64,000 bases of DNA, taken from the NCBI RefSeq assembly GCF_018977255.1, contig NW_024704743.1:55616001-55680000 (forward strand). The letters are read 5' to 3'. The translations under genes and the position numbers were made by a program. The stretch is from Callorhinchus milii (taxonomy: Eukaryota). A model generated the notes under the pieces. The model searched no databases. It was not told the DNA's origin and was given only the letters and a program-made list of their open reading frames with translations. Of this stretch, positions 39,012 through 52,560 are shown piece by piece. The first letter of the stretch is position 1. Each line of letters starts with the position of its first letter.

Positions 39012-39502
39012 GATAGGCCCTTGGAGAAGGTGCAAAAGAGATTTACCAGAGTTATACCAGGGATGAGGGACTTTAGTTATGTGGAGAGCCAAGAGAGGCT
39101 GGGATTATTCTCCTTAGAGCTGAGAAGGTTGAGGGTGATTTAATATTCAATAGTGGTCTTCAAAATTATGATGGGGTTTTGATAGAGTAGCTGGGAGAAA
39201 TTGTTTCGTCTCGTGGGTGGGTCAATAACTGGAGGACACAGTATTAAGATAATTGGCAAAAGATCCAGAGGGGAGAGGAGAATTTTTTTTTACCCAGAGT
39301 GTTGTTACTGTCTGGAATGTCAGAAGCAGATTCGATGATAGCTTTCAAAAGAGAATTGGATAGGTACTTGAAAAGGAAAAAAATGCAGGGCTATAGGGTA
39401 AGAGCAGGCGAGTGGGACTAGTTGGTAGCTCTTACAACGATCCAGCACAGGCACTATTGGGGCAGGGGCAAATGGCCTCCTTCTGGGAGGTAAGATTTTA
39501 TG
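39012..39502 (+). mobile_element. CR1 3' fragment
   Basis: LEKVQKRFTRVIPGM and ERLGLFSLE motifs; 3' UTR aatggcctccttctg. Confidence 0.9.
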
Positions 39503-41267
39503 AAAGCAATACAGTAGAAAAGTGCTAAAAGTTTATGTATTGAACATGACAGGACATCATATTTATCTGGGTTTAAAGTAGACTCCTAACGCAGAATACC
39601 AAGCACCACAATCAATACTGTAAGCTTTTATTTCCTTTTATCGGAGTTACTAGTACATGGACCACATTACTCAAGGTGTGTGTTGAAGCTGAGTCAATTA
39701 TGTAATTTGAAACAGAATTGGAGAGACATTTGAAAATTAGAGATTCAAAAGAATATGAAGAAAGATCATTGTTGATAGGAGCAAAGAGCAGGAGCGAAAT
39801 TAGCATGACACAGCCATATGGAGCCAAATGTCTCCCTGTGCTAAGGTTTCCATCATTCTATTCCTATGAAAATAAGCAGATGATTGTCAATGCTTACTTC
39901 TCAGGCATCATCAATACCATGTATCCAATGTAGATTGATGTTAATTTTGAACAGGAAAATGTTCACTCACTTTGATAGATTCCAGGACATAATGAGGACA
40001 AGGAGGACAATTTTTTTAGTAAACATTTACAATTTTTTTTTACCTGAAAGAAATAAAAGAAAGGTTAGTATTGGAATGGTCTATCTTATTTTGGAGCATA
40101 ACTATTGCACGTGGTACTTCTTTTTAATTACAGTACTACATTTAAGTTATCTGCAGTACAAAGGCTTCCTACACTTCCCTTTTGATGTTTCTCGCCCTCT
40201 CTTGTATTATCTGAATTCCTGCTGTTGTGTTTAATTTGAGAGAAATCCAAGCATCTGCCTCCACAACATTGCCATACTTAATCTGTTTTAAAAAAAGATA
40301 AATCTTCCAGACTTGGCGTTCTCCCATAGATTCTGTAGGCACGTCTTTTAATTTCCTCTGGTAGACTGTAAAATCATAATTACATGCTGAATATTACCAT
40401 TACATTCCTACGAGATTAGTTCCTCAAGAAACAGATGTTTTTAATGGCAAGAGCTGCTAACATTCACTTAGAATGTTAATGAATTATGGGTTAAGAAAAA
40501 TAAAACTCAACTATATTTTATAGTTCAGCATGAAAGAATTGGTTCCATCCAGTCTGTGATGAGGACAGATATTTTATGAGATTCAGTGAAGAAATGCTGA
40601 GAGGAAAGATCTTCAATTACTGTGTTCCTGAAAATTCTTGCAACGCACCTGAATTTTGAGAATTTTTTTTTGTAATGCAACATCCTGCGTGCCCCTATTC
40701 TAACTAGAATAATTATGCTTTTTAGAGTCTACTTTTATGTATTGCAATATGACTTTTTCTTTTCTATTGCTTCCACAATTCTGTTCTATTGCTGATTATT
40801 ACACTGTTTTATAACCATTTTTGCATGTGTTCTCATCCTGTTATTATTTTCTTTAACTCATAACTTAAGATCATATTGGAAACCCAAAACTTAAAACTGG
40901 ATGAAAGGGTGGTCAGAATATATTATACTCTACTCTGTTCCAAGCACCAGGGGGCTTTTTCCATCAAAGCACTGGGCTACTGTCTCTCGGCACACTCAGC
41001 AGCCTGTGATATTTCTACAGGGAGAAGAGAGCACCTGATTAACTGCATATTGTTCCTTTGAAGAACGTGTTCTCTTTCCCCAGATAATTTAATGCTAGCT
41101 AGCTACAGGTCAGTTTTTGGCTACCAGTTTAAAACAAGCTCTTGGTTACAGGACACTCACTTCCAATTAATCTGGAAGGATATGTCTTTATTTTCCTTTA
41201 AAATTTATGTCTCTTGCAGTTTTGACTGTATTCCTTTCCTCTTCATCTTTCCACAGTTTTGTTCTCA

Positions 41268-41404
41268 GCCTAGCTCAGTTGGTAGCACTTTTTCCTCTGA
41301 GTTGGAGACTTTGACTTCAAGCCAATTCACTTTACAGTATATTCTGTGAAGCGTTTTGAGATGTCTCAGAGACCGAGTAAGATGCTATATAAAATGCAAG
41401 GATG

Positions 41405-41449
<45 letters not shown>

Positions 41450-41755
41450 AGCCCCACATCAGGTCTTCAAACTCATAAGACCATTAAACCGTTGGGACTC
41501 CTCTGGTCCAGATGGATGTTAATAATCTTGTGCACCATTCGAAAAGAGAAGGGAGTTGCTTCTGATATCCTGACCAACAATCTTCAAAATAAAATTGGTT
41601 ACTCACTTCATGGCTGTTTGTGGGACATTGCTGTATACAACTTAGCTTCTGCTTTCGCTTACAAAATACACAGTCAATATACTTCAGAATATTTTCTGTG
41701 AAGCACTTTGAAGTGTCTTCTTGATGTGAAAGGCACTATATCAAATGCAAGGAGT
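41268..41755 (+). mobile_element. Old SINE carrying a younger truncated SINE at 41324-41448 with a long (ATT)n tail
   Basis: Head agcctagctcagttggtagcac; AAGCC duplicated at 41319-41323 and 41449-41453. Confidence 0.85.
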
Positions 41756-42439
41756 TTAAAAAAAGTATCAGTATTTCATTATTTAATAATATTAAGCTCT
41801 GCTCAAAGTTGCATATATCTATTTCTAACAGAGGGTAGATAAAAGACTAACATCCGGGTCTTTGCTGGTAGGTTACCAGTAGTTAGGAGGTGAGCACCCC
41901 AACTGATTGGCTCCTCTAGTGATGTGGTCATTTTTCTCCTCTATTCTCTCATTCATTGAACAGCAAAGCCTTTTGCTAACCAGCTGAGTGAGAAACCTAT
42001 CTTTGCAAAACTTTGCGTTTCAAATTATATATTGTACAACTTATAAAAATGAGAGAAAATTACATTACCTGCAACATGTACTGTTTGTCCTGCCATAATT
42101 ATGAAAATTGAAATTATTAAAGAAACTGGCATTGTTTCAATCACTTACAGAGGTCATTCTGATCATAGCAGAGCTGAGGGGCATTGCTGTAGACTGATAA
42201 ATTACTTGCTGTTTGAATTATTTAGAGATACACTGACAGGCTTAGAAAGCAAACATTTGTGTTTTGCAGATTTCGTTTTTAATAGGATATGTGTAATTGC
42301 TATATATTTCTAATACATCAGATATGATTAAGAATGCATTATTGTATTTCTAAAATATCCAGGGTGCCCCCTGAAAAATGCATTCAGTCAGCATTTTCAT
42401 TGTTCTAAACATTTGTTAAGTACCCATTTCCAATTAGAA

Positions 42440-42860
42440 AAAAATAATAATAATCCTTGTATTTAATGTAGCACCTTGTAAAAGTCATTGAGATGTCTCA
42501 AATCCTTCAGATGATTTTAGTATATAGTGTAATGCCTGTATGTTTTGTACTCAAACTCGACAGTCAATCTGCACATAGCAATGTCCCACAAACAACAATG
42601 AATTGAATGACCAATTTTAATTCGGAATTGTTGGCCATGAAACTGGAATAATCTCTCTTCTTTTTCGAAGAGTCCCTTTCGATCTTTAACATCACCCTAA
42701 ACAAGTAGACGGAACCCCAGTTTAATGTCTCATTCGAAGGATAGCACCTCTATCAACGCAGTGCTCCCCAGTGCTGCACTCAGAGTCCTGATATGGGGGC
42801 TTTAATACACAACCTTCTGACTCACAGGAAAGAGTGCTACCAACTGAACCAGATTGACAC
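42440..42860 (-). mobile_element. Near full-length Deu-domain-type SINE
   Basis: Tail taataatccttgtattt; core gatctttaacatc...gtttaatgtctcattcgaagg; head agtgctaccaactgaacc. Confidence 0.85.
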
Positions 42861-43098
42861 CTGAATGATGCCTTGCATCATTGAATGTCTTAGTTACCAT
42901 GGATCTGACTGGCTTTACTGTTCAGACATTGAACATTTCCTGTCGATGTGTAGCTGCTGTCAAATCCAGTAATCAAATACAAGATTAATGTAACCTTTGC
43001 AAATTCCCGGTGAAGCCACATTTGAAATATTGTGTTTTCTTCTGAGTCTTACCTCTAAATGGATGTTGGTGAACGTTTAGATGGTTCCTGGACATGGA

Positions 43099-43447
43099 TA
43101 ATAATAATCCTTGCATTTGATATAGCACCTTATCAAGTCTGCGAAACGTCTCAAAGCGCTTCACAGAATTTACTGTAAAGTGAATTGACTGTCTATTTTG
43201 TGGGCGAAACACAGCAGCCAATTGAGCACAGCAATGTCCCAGAATCCTCACTGGATTTAGTGACTAATTTTTTTTGAGGAATTATTACTCCCGGAAAATC
43301 AACTAACAACCGGGTTCCTATTTACTGCTAGGTAAACAGAGGTGTGTGTGTGTTAGGAAACTTGCCCAACATTTCGCCCTGCTGGGAATCGAACCCAGGT
43401 TTCTCGCTTGCGAGGCGAGTGGTCTAACCACTGAGCTACAGGGCTCC
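43099..43447 (-). mobile_element. Young full-length tRNA-derived SINE (long variant)
   Basis: Intact A/B boxes, central cacctctgtttacctagcagtaaataggaacc block and (ATT)n tail. Confidence 0.93.
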
Positions 43448-43784
43448 TTAGGGTGACACATATGTTTTAAAATATTGCATCTTCCCTATTCCTAAAAGTC
43501 TTTCCTCCTCTCTCTTGCCTCCGCCCCCTGCAATTTGGCATGCGTCTGATGCCCGTGTTCAAAATGATGCATCTCCATCTTGAGTTTACACTTTGTAGTA
43601 ACAAGCTCGAACCCTGAACTGATGTTTTGAGTGTTGCTTCATGACATACTGAGCTGCACTGAAACAATGGCAGATGTTAAAGTATTGTGGCCTGGTCATT
43701 GGGCCAGCATTGTACAGCATACATTCCACTTGTGTAAATTTACATTTCTGAAATATTATTAAAGATCGTGGATATGGACAAATC

Positions 43785-44022
43785 ATTGGTTAGACCACAA
43801 CGGGAATACTATGTGTTTGGGGATCTCACTTTAGGAAGGTTGCTAAGGACTTGGACAGGGTGCAAAGGTGGTTACAGAGAATGATACCAGGGATGTACAG
43901 GTTATAGTTATGAAGAAAGGTTGGAGAAGTTGGATCTATTTTCATTGGGGTAGAGAAGAGACCTGGTGTAAGTGTACAACATTATGAGGGGTTTTGACAG
44001 GGTGAATTTCTATGATTTTATG
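43785..44022 (+). mobile_element. Degenerate CR1 fragment
   Basis: ttggttagaccaca...agaatgataccagggatg...attatgaggggttttgacaggg...ttctatgatt. Confidence 0.8.
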
Positions 44023-45879
44023 CAATTTAACTTGCCTCCAGATTACAGCAAATCCAGTAAGAACTGTTTTTGTTTAAAAAAACAAAGCTTATGATGAAAT
44101 ATTTTCCCTCTGAGACCATGGATGGAGTTGGGCTGCAATGCAATGGCCCATTTGCAGCAGCTATCCTGCATGGCTGCAGCCCAAATGCTGATTTCCACTA
44201 AAAGTTTATTTACTCAACTTATGCCATGGAAAAGGGCAAATTTTACAGTGCGCTGCACCGCAAATGGGGCATTCACTTTCACATGGAATAATTTTACACC
44301 ATCAAAACCTAATAAAAACATAATGTGTAATAAATGAATGACGCAAGAGTTGGAGGACTCTACGGGAGATCTTCGTTGTACTAGGGATTGTCGTTGTGCT
44401 GTGCCTTATGCAAGGATTTATTGGAGGTGCTATTCCTGTCAGTAACTGTTTAACCTATATTTCTCTAAAGGTTTTTAGTAAACATTTGACATTGGGTCAC
44501 AGGCCCATAACATAGAGAGAGGCCTTGTCCACAGCAGTTCAGCTCACATTAGTAACTCAGTAGCATGAGGGGCGACAGGACAATCCTGTATCCTGTTCCT
44601 TCCTCTTCCTATTGTCCATTTTCCCCCTGTGTTTTTTTTAATAAAAAAGATTACTCTTTCTTCTACAACAACGACAACTTGCATTTACATAGCAGGACAT
44701 TGCATGCATAGTGGCAGGATTGGACCCCAAGCAATTTATGCTTGGGCCATTTGGGCTTGAACTGTTGTTCAACTGGAAAAAAAAGAAATGTTCCCTACTC
44801 TTTTTCCTTCTTAGTGCTATTCACTATATTTATATTAGATATTTTGAAGTCTCGTTGAAGCCAGTAGCTCCACATTTATCAGCATTCCTGCTGCCCCCAA
44901 CCCCTGAAGTGAACACCTGGACTGAGTCTCCGCAGTGGATGCAGATCTGGCACCATTCCACCTTACAACTACATATCAGACAATTGTTTCCCAACATTGA
45001 TTTTATTCCTCTTTATTTTACATAACATGCTTTTGGAATAAAAACAAGTATTTTACCCACAAAAGGAGATTATTCTCCTCTTGTTGATTGAATTCATCCA
45101 CCCTTTGGCAGCAAACATATTTTAGTCTCCACTTGTCAGTAAAATGACTGACTTTTGGCAGTGTGCATTTGTATGCATTTTCCATTGTGGTGCACATGGT
45201 AAAAAGTCAATACATTTACCTACAAGCAGAGAATAACCACTAATGTGTCAGGGCTAGTCTTGAAATACCATTTTTATTTGATTTACTTGTAGCTTTGGTT
45301 GGTGTTTTGTTCCGCACCCAATGGTCAGACCTACCCTTGTGTTTCGTGGCATGCCTGTGGCGTGACTTCTATTTACATTCTGCTCAATGTAAGACATTCC
45401 CAGTTCATTGTCAGTATCATTATCCAGATTGCAGTACATTTTTTTGTAACTACTTAAATTATTGATTGAAACCTTAAGTTCATTTTCAGTCTTACAAGAC
45501 TCGCACAAAACGGTAATAATTATTTAAAAACGTAACAGTGGGGTTTTCTTTCAGTCCCGGATTGAGGTTTCTTTCATGAAAAATCACTGAATGAGCTTCT
45601 TGCATCAATGAACATTGCAGACTCCAGACTTGCATTAACATTTGTTAGTTTGGAGCAAGCGCTATTTGTTTTATACTGATCACTGCCAAAAATTGTCCTG
45701 GAAGCATTTCATTCACAAAACAGACAGCAGGGGATCTGGCTCTAATATATGGAGACCACAGTGCATAAATTGACTTTCCAGCAGAGTGACTTGGAGTCAT
45801 TAGACTGGCATGCAATTAGATTTGCAGGAAGTAAAGAACGATCTCATCAAATCACATAGCCTGGGTCTATCAGGCTCTG

Positions 45880-46330
45880 TGAACCTATCAGTCTGCTCGC
45901 CTCCACTGGCTCCTCAACCCTCAGAGGATTGAGTTTAAGAGTTTAAGATTGGTTTTTAAATCCCACCACAGTATTGCCTCATCCTACTTACTCAACCTTT
46001 TAAAACCCTATTAACCTGCCTGCTCCCTCTGCTTGGCAAGCACAAGGCTGCTTTACGTCCTCTGCCCTAGTCTGCTCCACCATCATGGGTGAGGCTTTCA
46101 TCCCAACTCTCTTGAACGCCATTCCAGAGCCTCTTTGCCTCGCCTCTTCCCTCACCTCCTTCAAGGTCCAGGTCATGATCTTCCTCTTTGACCATGCCTT
46201 CGGTGATCTTGTCACTCCCACCCCCTTGGCTCCCCCACCTCTCCTGAAACCATCCCCCAACTCATGTTGTCTTTGGGACGTCCTCCTGACGTACAGTGCG
46301 CTATATAAATGCAATTTGTTGTTGTTGTTC
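45880..46330 (+). mobile_element. L2 3' fragment
   Basis: ctccactggctcc; tail gggacgtcctcctgacgt...gcgctatataaatgcaatttgttgttgtt. Confidence 0.88.
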
Positions 46331-47259
46331 TCTGCTCATAGCTGGGCCTACCATGAATCTGTACAAAATGGGAAGCACAATACAAGTAGTCTTTGGTGCT
46401 ATTTTGCTGACTTTCTACGCAAAAAAGAAGTCACCTTCTGGGTGTTGCCGTAACCTTTACACGCAAGCACTCTATACACAGGATACCACACTGACTCCAC
46501 TACCTGATACTGTGCATGCATGGTATTTGCAGAAATTCTGCTGACAATGTTTATTCCTTTTTAAAATCAGTGACCCTTTTTGCACATAGCACAGGAAAGA
46601 TTGTCTTTTTGTTTGCTGCGTTTTATCGTGGATGTCTGGGCTCAAATCCGTGTTAGAAAAAGTTTGCTGTAATCATTATTGCACACTATGTTTGCACACT
46701 GGCACTCAGCACCAAACGTTTGAAGGCAAAGCTGCAAATTGTTGTTGCTGTTTTGCAGTGTCCATTACAATTAACATAATTTTAATTGATTCTATGTCTT
46801 TGTTTTACATGATTGAAACCTTTTGTACAATTCTTTGAGCCAATCAACACAAAGAAATGGGTCTCCAATGGACAGGTTCACTTAGCTTAATAAATTCACA
46901 TAGTGAGCCGCTGAGCTGCTCATTCAGTAAGGAGTAGCTTCAGATCAGCAGCAAGAAACCAGAATGTTCAGAAGTATTAACATATCAACATGTGTAAAGT
47001 ATTAAAATGTCAATTCTGTTAAAAATTGGAACATTTCCAAAGTGTTAAAGACCAAACAAATCCTGTAAGGGTGAATTTAGGTTGTGATATCCAAGCAGAT
47101 CAGGAGATGGTAGAAGTGAAGAATTGTTTACACGGGCTGAAAATTCCAGTCAGCAATATGTGTTGCTCTTTTGCTGTTGTTCACTAATAGGATGTTTTCA
47201 TTATAATTGCACATTGTCAAGATTCTACCAGAATTTCAACCTAAATATTCCTGATCCAA

Positions 47260-47430
47260 TATTTTTAACATCCATCTGGACAAGCAGAGGGGACCTCAGT
47301 TTAATATCTCATCCAAAAGAAGGCACTAGGTGACAATACTGTGCTCTCTAGCACTACACTGAGACTTATCGTGAGGCTTGAACATACAGCTTTCTGACTC
47401 AGAGGAGAGAGTGCAACCAGCTGAGCCAGA
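47260..47430 (-). mobile_element. Deu-type SINE 5' part (inside the local duplication)
   Basis: cctcagtttaatatctcatccaaaaga...ttctgactcagaggagagagtgc. Confidence 0.75.
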
Positions 47431-47894
47431 ATTATGCCTTGCATCATTGATTATGTTTCTTACCGTGGATCTGACTGTCTTGATTGTTCAGTTACTGATT
47501 ATTTCCTATCACTGTAAAGCTCCAGCAATCAAATACTAGGTTAATCTAACCTTTTATACATCTCTGGGGAGGTCCTGTTTGGAATATTGTATTGTGTGTA
47601 GTTCTGGGCGTTACCTTTAAATGCTTGATGGTGAGTGTTCAAATGATTCCAGGACTTGGGACTCTTAGGATGAGAAATTGCAATGCTTGCAGTTACACTT
47701 GTAATTGGGAAATCTATTACAGCAGAATGGGATTGGAATTAACTGTGATAAAGTAAATGGAGGGGATGATGATGCATTTCTTTAAAAGGTTAAAAGAATA
47801 GTTGATGTAGGTGTAAGAGGGCTATTTGGTTTGGACGATAAGCAGAATGAGAGGAAATAAACATTAAAATTAAAATACCCTGATCAAAGATTCA

Positions 47895-48010
47895 AAAACG
47901 TTTCGTCCACAAAATATACAGTCAGTTCACTTTGAAGTATATTCTGTGAAGCGCTTTGAGATGCCGTGAAGACATGATAAGGTGCTATATAAAATGCAAG
48001 GATTATTATT
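47895..48010 (+). mobile_element. 5'-truncated young SINE within CR1-like debris
   Basis: cacaaaatatacagtcagttcac...gctatataaaatgcaaggattattatt. Confidence 0.85.
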
Positions 48011-50339
48011 GAGCCTTTTTCCCTCCCTTTCAAAAAAAAAGTCAGATTCCCATGGAACAGATTCTCATCAAAAGGAGTTGATGGAGGAGCTATTGATTAT
48101 TTAAAACACAAAGAGGATAACTATCTGTTTTGAAGAGTTTTGGAGGCACTAGGGGCAGATGAGGAGCAAAATTTGCAAACAATGCTCATGGGATGTTGAA
48201 TTTTGTTTGCTGGTGGCAGGAGAAACAATAGAAGAGGGAATGTCCTCTGTAGGGGTAAGAAGACCAGAATTCAATTGTGGCAATGTGAAAATGGATGGAT
48301 GAATATTCTGGAGATTTCCCCTGCTCAATTTTGGAGATTAGGGAATATCTATGATAAGAACCTTACCCCAGAAGAAATAGTGCGATAGAGTCTGTTGGAA
48401 GGGTAGTTTGCGTGGTCAAGGGAAGAAGTGGATCTGATGGATCAAGGGTCTTTTCTCATTTGACGCTTGTCTAATTCATCTGCTATGTGTTCTGAATCAT
48501 CTATTGCAACATGGAGAAAATGTTGTACTTGTAAATACATGTTATCAGATTTTGTCGCTTCTCTGAGTTGGATATTTTAATTGCACTTGCACTTCATCAA
48601 TATTTGCAGGTGCATAGGGTATACCATTCCAGAGAAATTTAGGATCCCTGTTTAAAAATAATCTTTAATTTCATAAACCAGTAAAAAATTAAAATGTGCA
48701 AAATGGAGAACGAGCAGAAGCCAGCTCGGGTGATGTCATCCCATCTGGAATATACTGCAAGAAGTGCCAGCCGTAGTGCTGGACATGTAGTGAAAATGTG
48801 TAGTGTGTCAGACTGGATCTTTTCTTGTCACAGCCACATATGGTACAGAACACTGAGAAATGCAGGACTTTTTATTAAGCCGTCAAGGGAGTACCTTCAA
48901 AGTTAGCAGTCAGTTCCCCCCATTAAATACTAATCGACTTCCCACATTTCTTTGTTTTGGGAATTCACAGTGAAATATTAGCAATAACCCAGAGCTGCAT
49001 AGTTTCTTGGTTAGTTTTAATTTTGGTGCCAAATTCACTGAAATGTGAAGTGCCTGTATTGTGTGTGCCTTATGTTACTGAATTATAGAGTGCAAAATGC
49101 ATGCGGTGTTACTGGTGATATCATCACCTGCTGCATTCCCCCTTCCCCCATAGTGATGGAGTTTTACATAGTTAAGCTGTAAATATGTTTAAAGTTACAT
49201 TCTGGGTGTGATGATGTAAGAGAGGAACCCCCAGTATAATGTGCTGTTTTGGGCCGTAAACCCAAACATTGCTTCATAATAATAAATTATTCTTGAGTTT
49301 GATACGGAACTTTATCACATTGTTAAAACATCTCAGGATTTACTGTAAAGTGTAGTGACTGTATTTATAGGCGAACACACCAGTTAGTTGTGTGTACAGA
49401 AATGCCCGACAAACAGCCATGAAGTGAATGACAAATTTAATCTGGGGGATTGTTGGTTAGGACATCAGGAGAAACTCGTTTCTCTTTTTGAATAGTACAA
49501 TAGGATCTTTATGGCAAGGCAGGTTTTCATCAATTGAGATGTCATGCATTAAAATGAATCTTGATTATTTTAAATTCTGCCTGCAAGCAACTCACAACAA
49601 TGCAGTGTTCCATTGTACGCATGTACTGTAGTGACTGTCAGCCTGTCTGCCTCAAGTGGCTTCTGGGACAACCAATTCACAGGAGAAGCAGGGTGGGGGT
49701 GAACGTACAATTTCAGAGGTTTCACCAGAGCATATACAATGTCTACTCAGCACAGCTACAATTAAATCAGCCGAAAAAATACACGAATGAAGCTCTGATG
49801 CCGCTTTAAGTGTATGGTTATATGTGCAAAGTACTATAGAGGCAAATTAGTACTGGGTGATATATTGGTACCCAGGTTATACTTACTGAGTATCAGGGAC
49901 CTGAATAACATTCTCCAGTGTGCAACAAATCTTCAGAACTAGCCAGATTTCACTAAACCATCTTAGCTTCCAGATGGTGCAACCAGAATGTACTGCTGTG
50001 TGCGATATCATTTGTGAAGCCATGCACGTTCCCTCAATCCTTCACACATTGTGCAAAATTGCAAAGTGCTTTTATTATTAAGCTAAATTGAAAAAAGCAA
50101 ATCTTGCATTTGATAGTCCTCAGTCAGTCCCTACAACGTCAAAATGTTTTCACAGGTATTTTGTCAAGTGTAGTTACTCTGTTTTTCCAGGGGAATGTGG
50201 CAACCAGTTTATGCACAGGGGTGTCTGTCAAACAATCATGAAGTGAATGATCAATTTGTATATGGAGAATTTTTGTCCAGTACACTGGGAGAAACGCTTT
50301 AAGAATGGCAACGGGTTGAAAATGGAATGAATTGTGGGT

Positions 50340-50900
50340 TTTGGGCACCAGAAGCCAATACAGTGGAAGCCGGTTAAGCCTGACCCATCGGGGACGGCTG
50401 TTTTGTCCGCTTTAAGAGGAGTCCAAGGTTAGCTGAAATACCATTCTTGCCCAGCAGAGGAGCACCGCCGATGCCGTATACTAATATGTAATAATATTGT
50501 TTCACTTGAAACAATGTTAACTAACCTGTCAGCTGTCGATCAATTGCGACTTGACTCCTCCCATTCCCTCCCATGTTCTTCCCCGTTCCTTCGCCCCCCC
50601 CTCACTGATTGACAGCACAACTCCAGCCTCTTGTAAATGGCTGGAGTCCGCTGTCAATCTCAGTCTGGCTCCTCCCATCTATATCCCAGAGTCGCTCGTG
50701 GCTGATTGCAGCCGCTTGAGACACAGAAGGCCTGAGCGAGTACATTCAGCGGTGACCAGCGAGGCATTTTGCCCAGATTAACCGGCAAATTTAAAATCGG
50801 TAAGAATATAAATGAACCGGGGTCAGGTGTTTTGTTCGATATCCGGGGTTAATCGGCGCCTGGCAAAATTCCATTCCACTTATAACCGCGACAGTGAACG
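50340..50900 (+). promoter_or_regulatory. CpG-rich intronic promoter/enhancer candidate with a possible non-coding first exon ending at 50799
   Basis: Visibly higher CpG density than the flanks, TGATTGACAG at 50606-50615, TATA-like CTATAT near 50680, and donor TCG|GTAAGA at 50800. Confidence 0.5.
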
Positions 50901-52175
50901 ACACATTGTTACTGATGTTTATCATTATGCTGATTCCATGAAAGATCCTGCTTGTTGGTTTCTCTCAGGAATGATTAAACTTGCTGCCCCTCAGAGTGAT
51001 GGCCTGTGATACTGTATCTGTAACTTTCCAGTTATTCTTCCAAGCAGTTAGTTACGGATTGCAAGTGTTGGCGAAACTCTCACAGGTGCAAAAAAGAGAT
51101 TTATTGTTTAAAATAAGCCTATTCACCAGCCCTACAAATTCTGGGATGACTCTGTCATAACATTCCTTTGATTTCTCTCATCGGAGAGAAAATAAATGGA
51201 AATAGCTCTGTCAACATCCTACAGCCTTGTAGTCTGTACATAGAAACACCCCATAGATGCAAGGAGCAGCAAGTCTGTCATGGTCACAAGTGCTGGGAAG
51301 TGAGTTGCAAACGGGCGTTATTGTGAATACAACTGGACTATAAATGATGCAGCGCTGAATCAGTGCTGCACAGTTCCGTTCAATTTGCATAAGTGAGATA
51401 GCCATGAGTTTGCTGAAGGATAAATGACTGCATTTGTGGTGACTGCAATGCCTGCAAAAAAAAGACTGCAATTTAATATTTCCAACTATTATGAATGCCT
51501 CTGATCGTACTAAATCGAGCTTTTAATCTGTAATGAATTGATCAAGCTTTAATCACCTAATTTATCATAGACAACATGCCAATGTGCGTGACTTATTTGT
51601 GGGAAATTCATTCAGTAAATCCAAGGGGGATTGCGATGTTAAACAGTGGCAAGAGATTAAGTTAAATCGGTGATTGAAGAGAGAAAGATGACTGGGTTGG
51701 CAGGCAAAGGAAATGCACAAAGTTTCTTCAGGAATCTATCCATTTTAGTATAAATTGACCTTCTATATTAACCACTTTGCAAATTCAGCCATGTTTGTGA
51801 GATTGATTTACTGAACAAATTGTTAGGCAGTAATCATAGAGGTCTGAAGTATGCAAGCTATAGCTAGATTACTCTTTAACATGCCCAGACAATAATATTC
51901 AACAGGTTTAATTTGCATATGGGGACTTATCTGTAGCTCTTTCTGCTGAGAAAATTGCATTGCAAATTGAAAACAATATGAATTTTCTAGGCTTTGAGAT
52001 GACAACAGTTTGGCAAATAATCAATTTATGCTTACAATCTGGACTAATCTCTTTGGGAGGTATCTCTCCAGCGTAAAAATAGCTTCACATGGAACCACTT
52101 TCCCTTGTAGATTCTCATGATTACAGCACATCTTTGGTGATGTATTATTAGGTGTCTAAGATTTTATACGGTGTT

Positions 52176-52560
52176 AGCCTAGCTCAGTTGGCAGCATTCT
52201 TGCCTCTGAGAAGGTTGTGATTCCAAGCCCCACTTCAGGGCTTTGAGCTGATACTCCATTACAGTGCTGTGGGTGCGATGCATTATTGGAGGTGCCACTT
52301 TTCAGATCGAACCTTAAACTGAGGTCATACCATGATACTATTTGAAAAGAGAAAGGAGTTTCTCCCAATGTCCTGACCGAAAACCCACCAAATAAAATTG
52401 CTCATTCACTTCTTGGCTGTTTGTTGGACATTGCTATCGACAAATAATTGTTGCATTTGCCTACTATATGCACAATCACACCATGTTACAGTGCTGTATG
52501 TTCTGTGCTTTGCTTTGAAACGTCCACCTGACTTGAAAAGCACTATACCAAATGTAAGTT
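52176..52560 (+). mobile_element. Near full-length Deu-domain-type SINE
   Basis: agcctagctcagttggcagca head, Deu-like core, L2-type tail. Confidence 0.85.
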
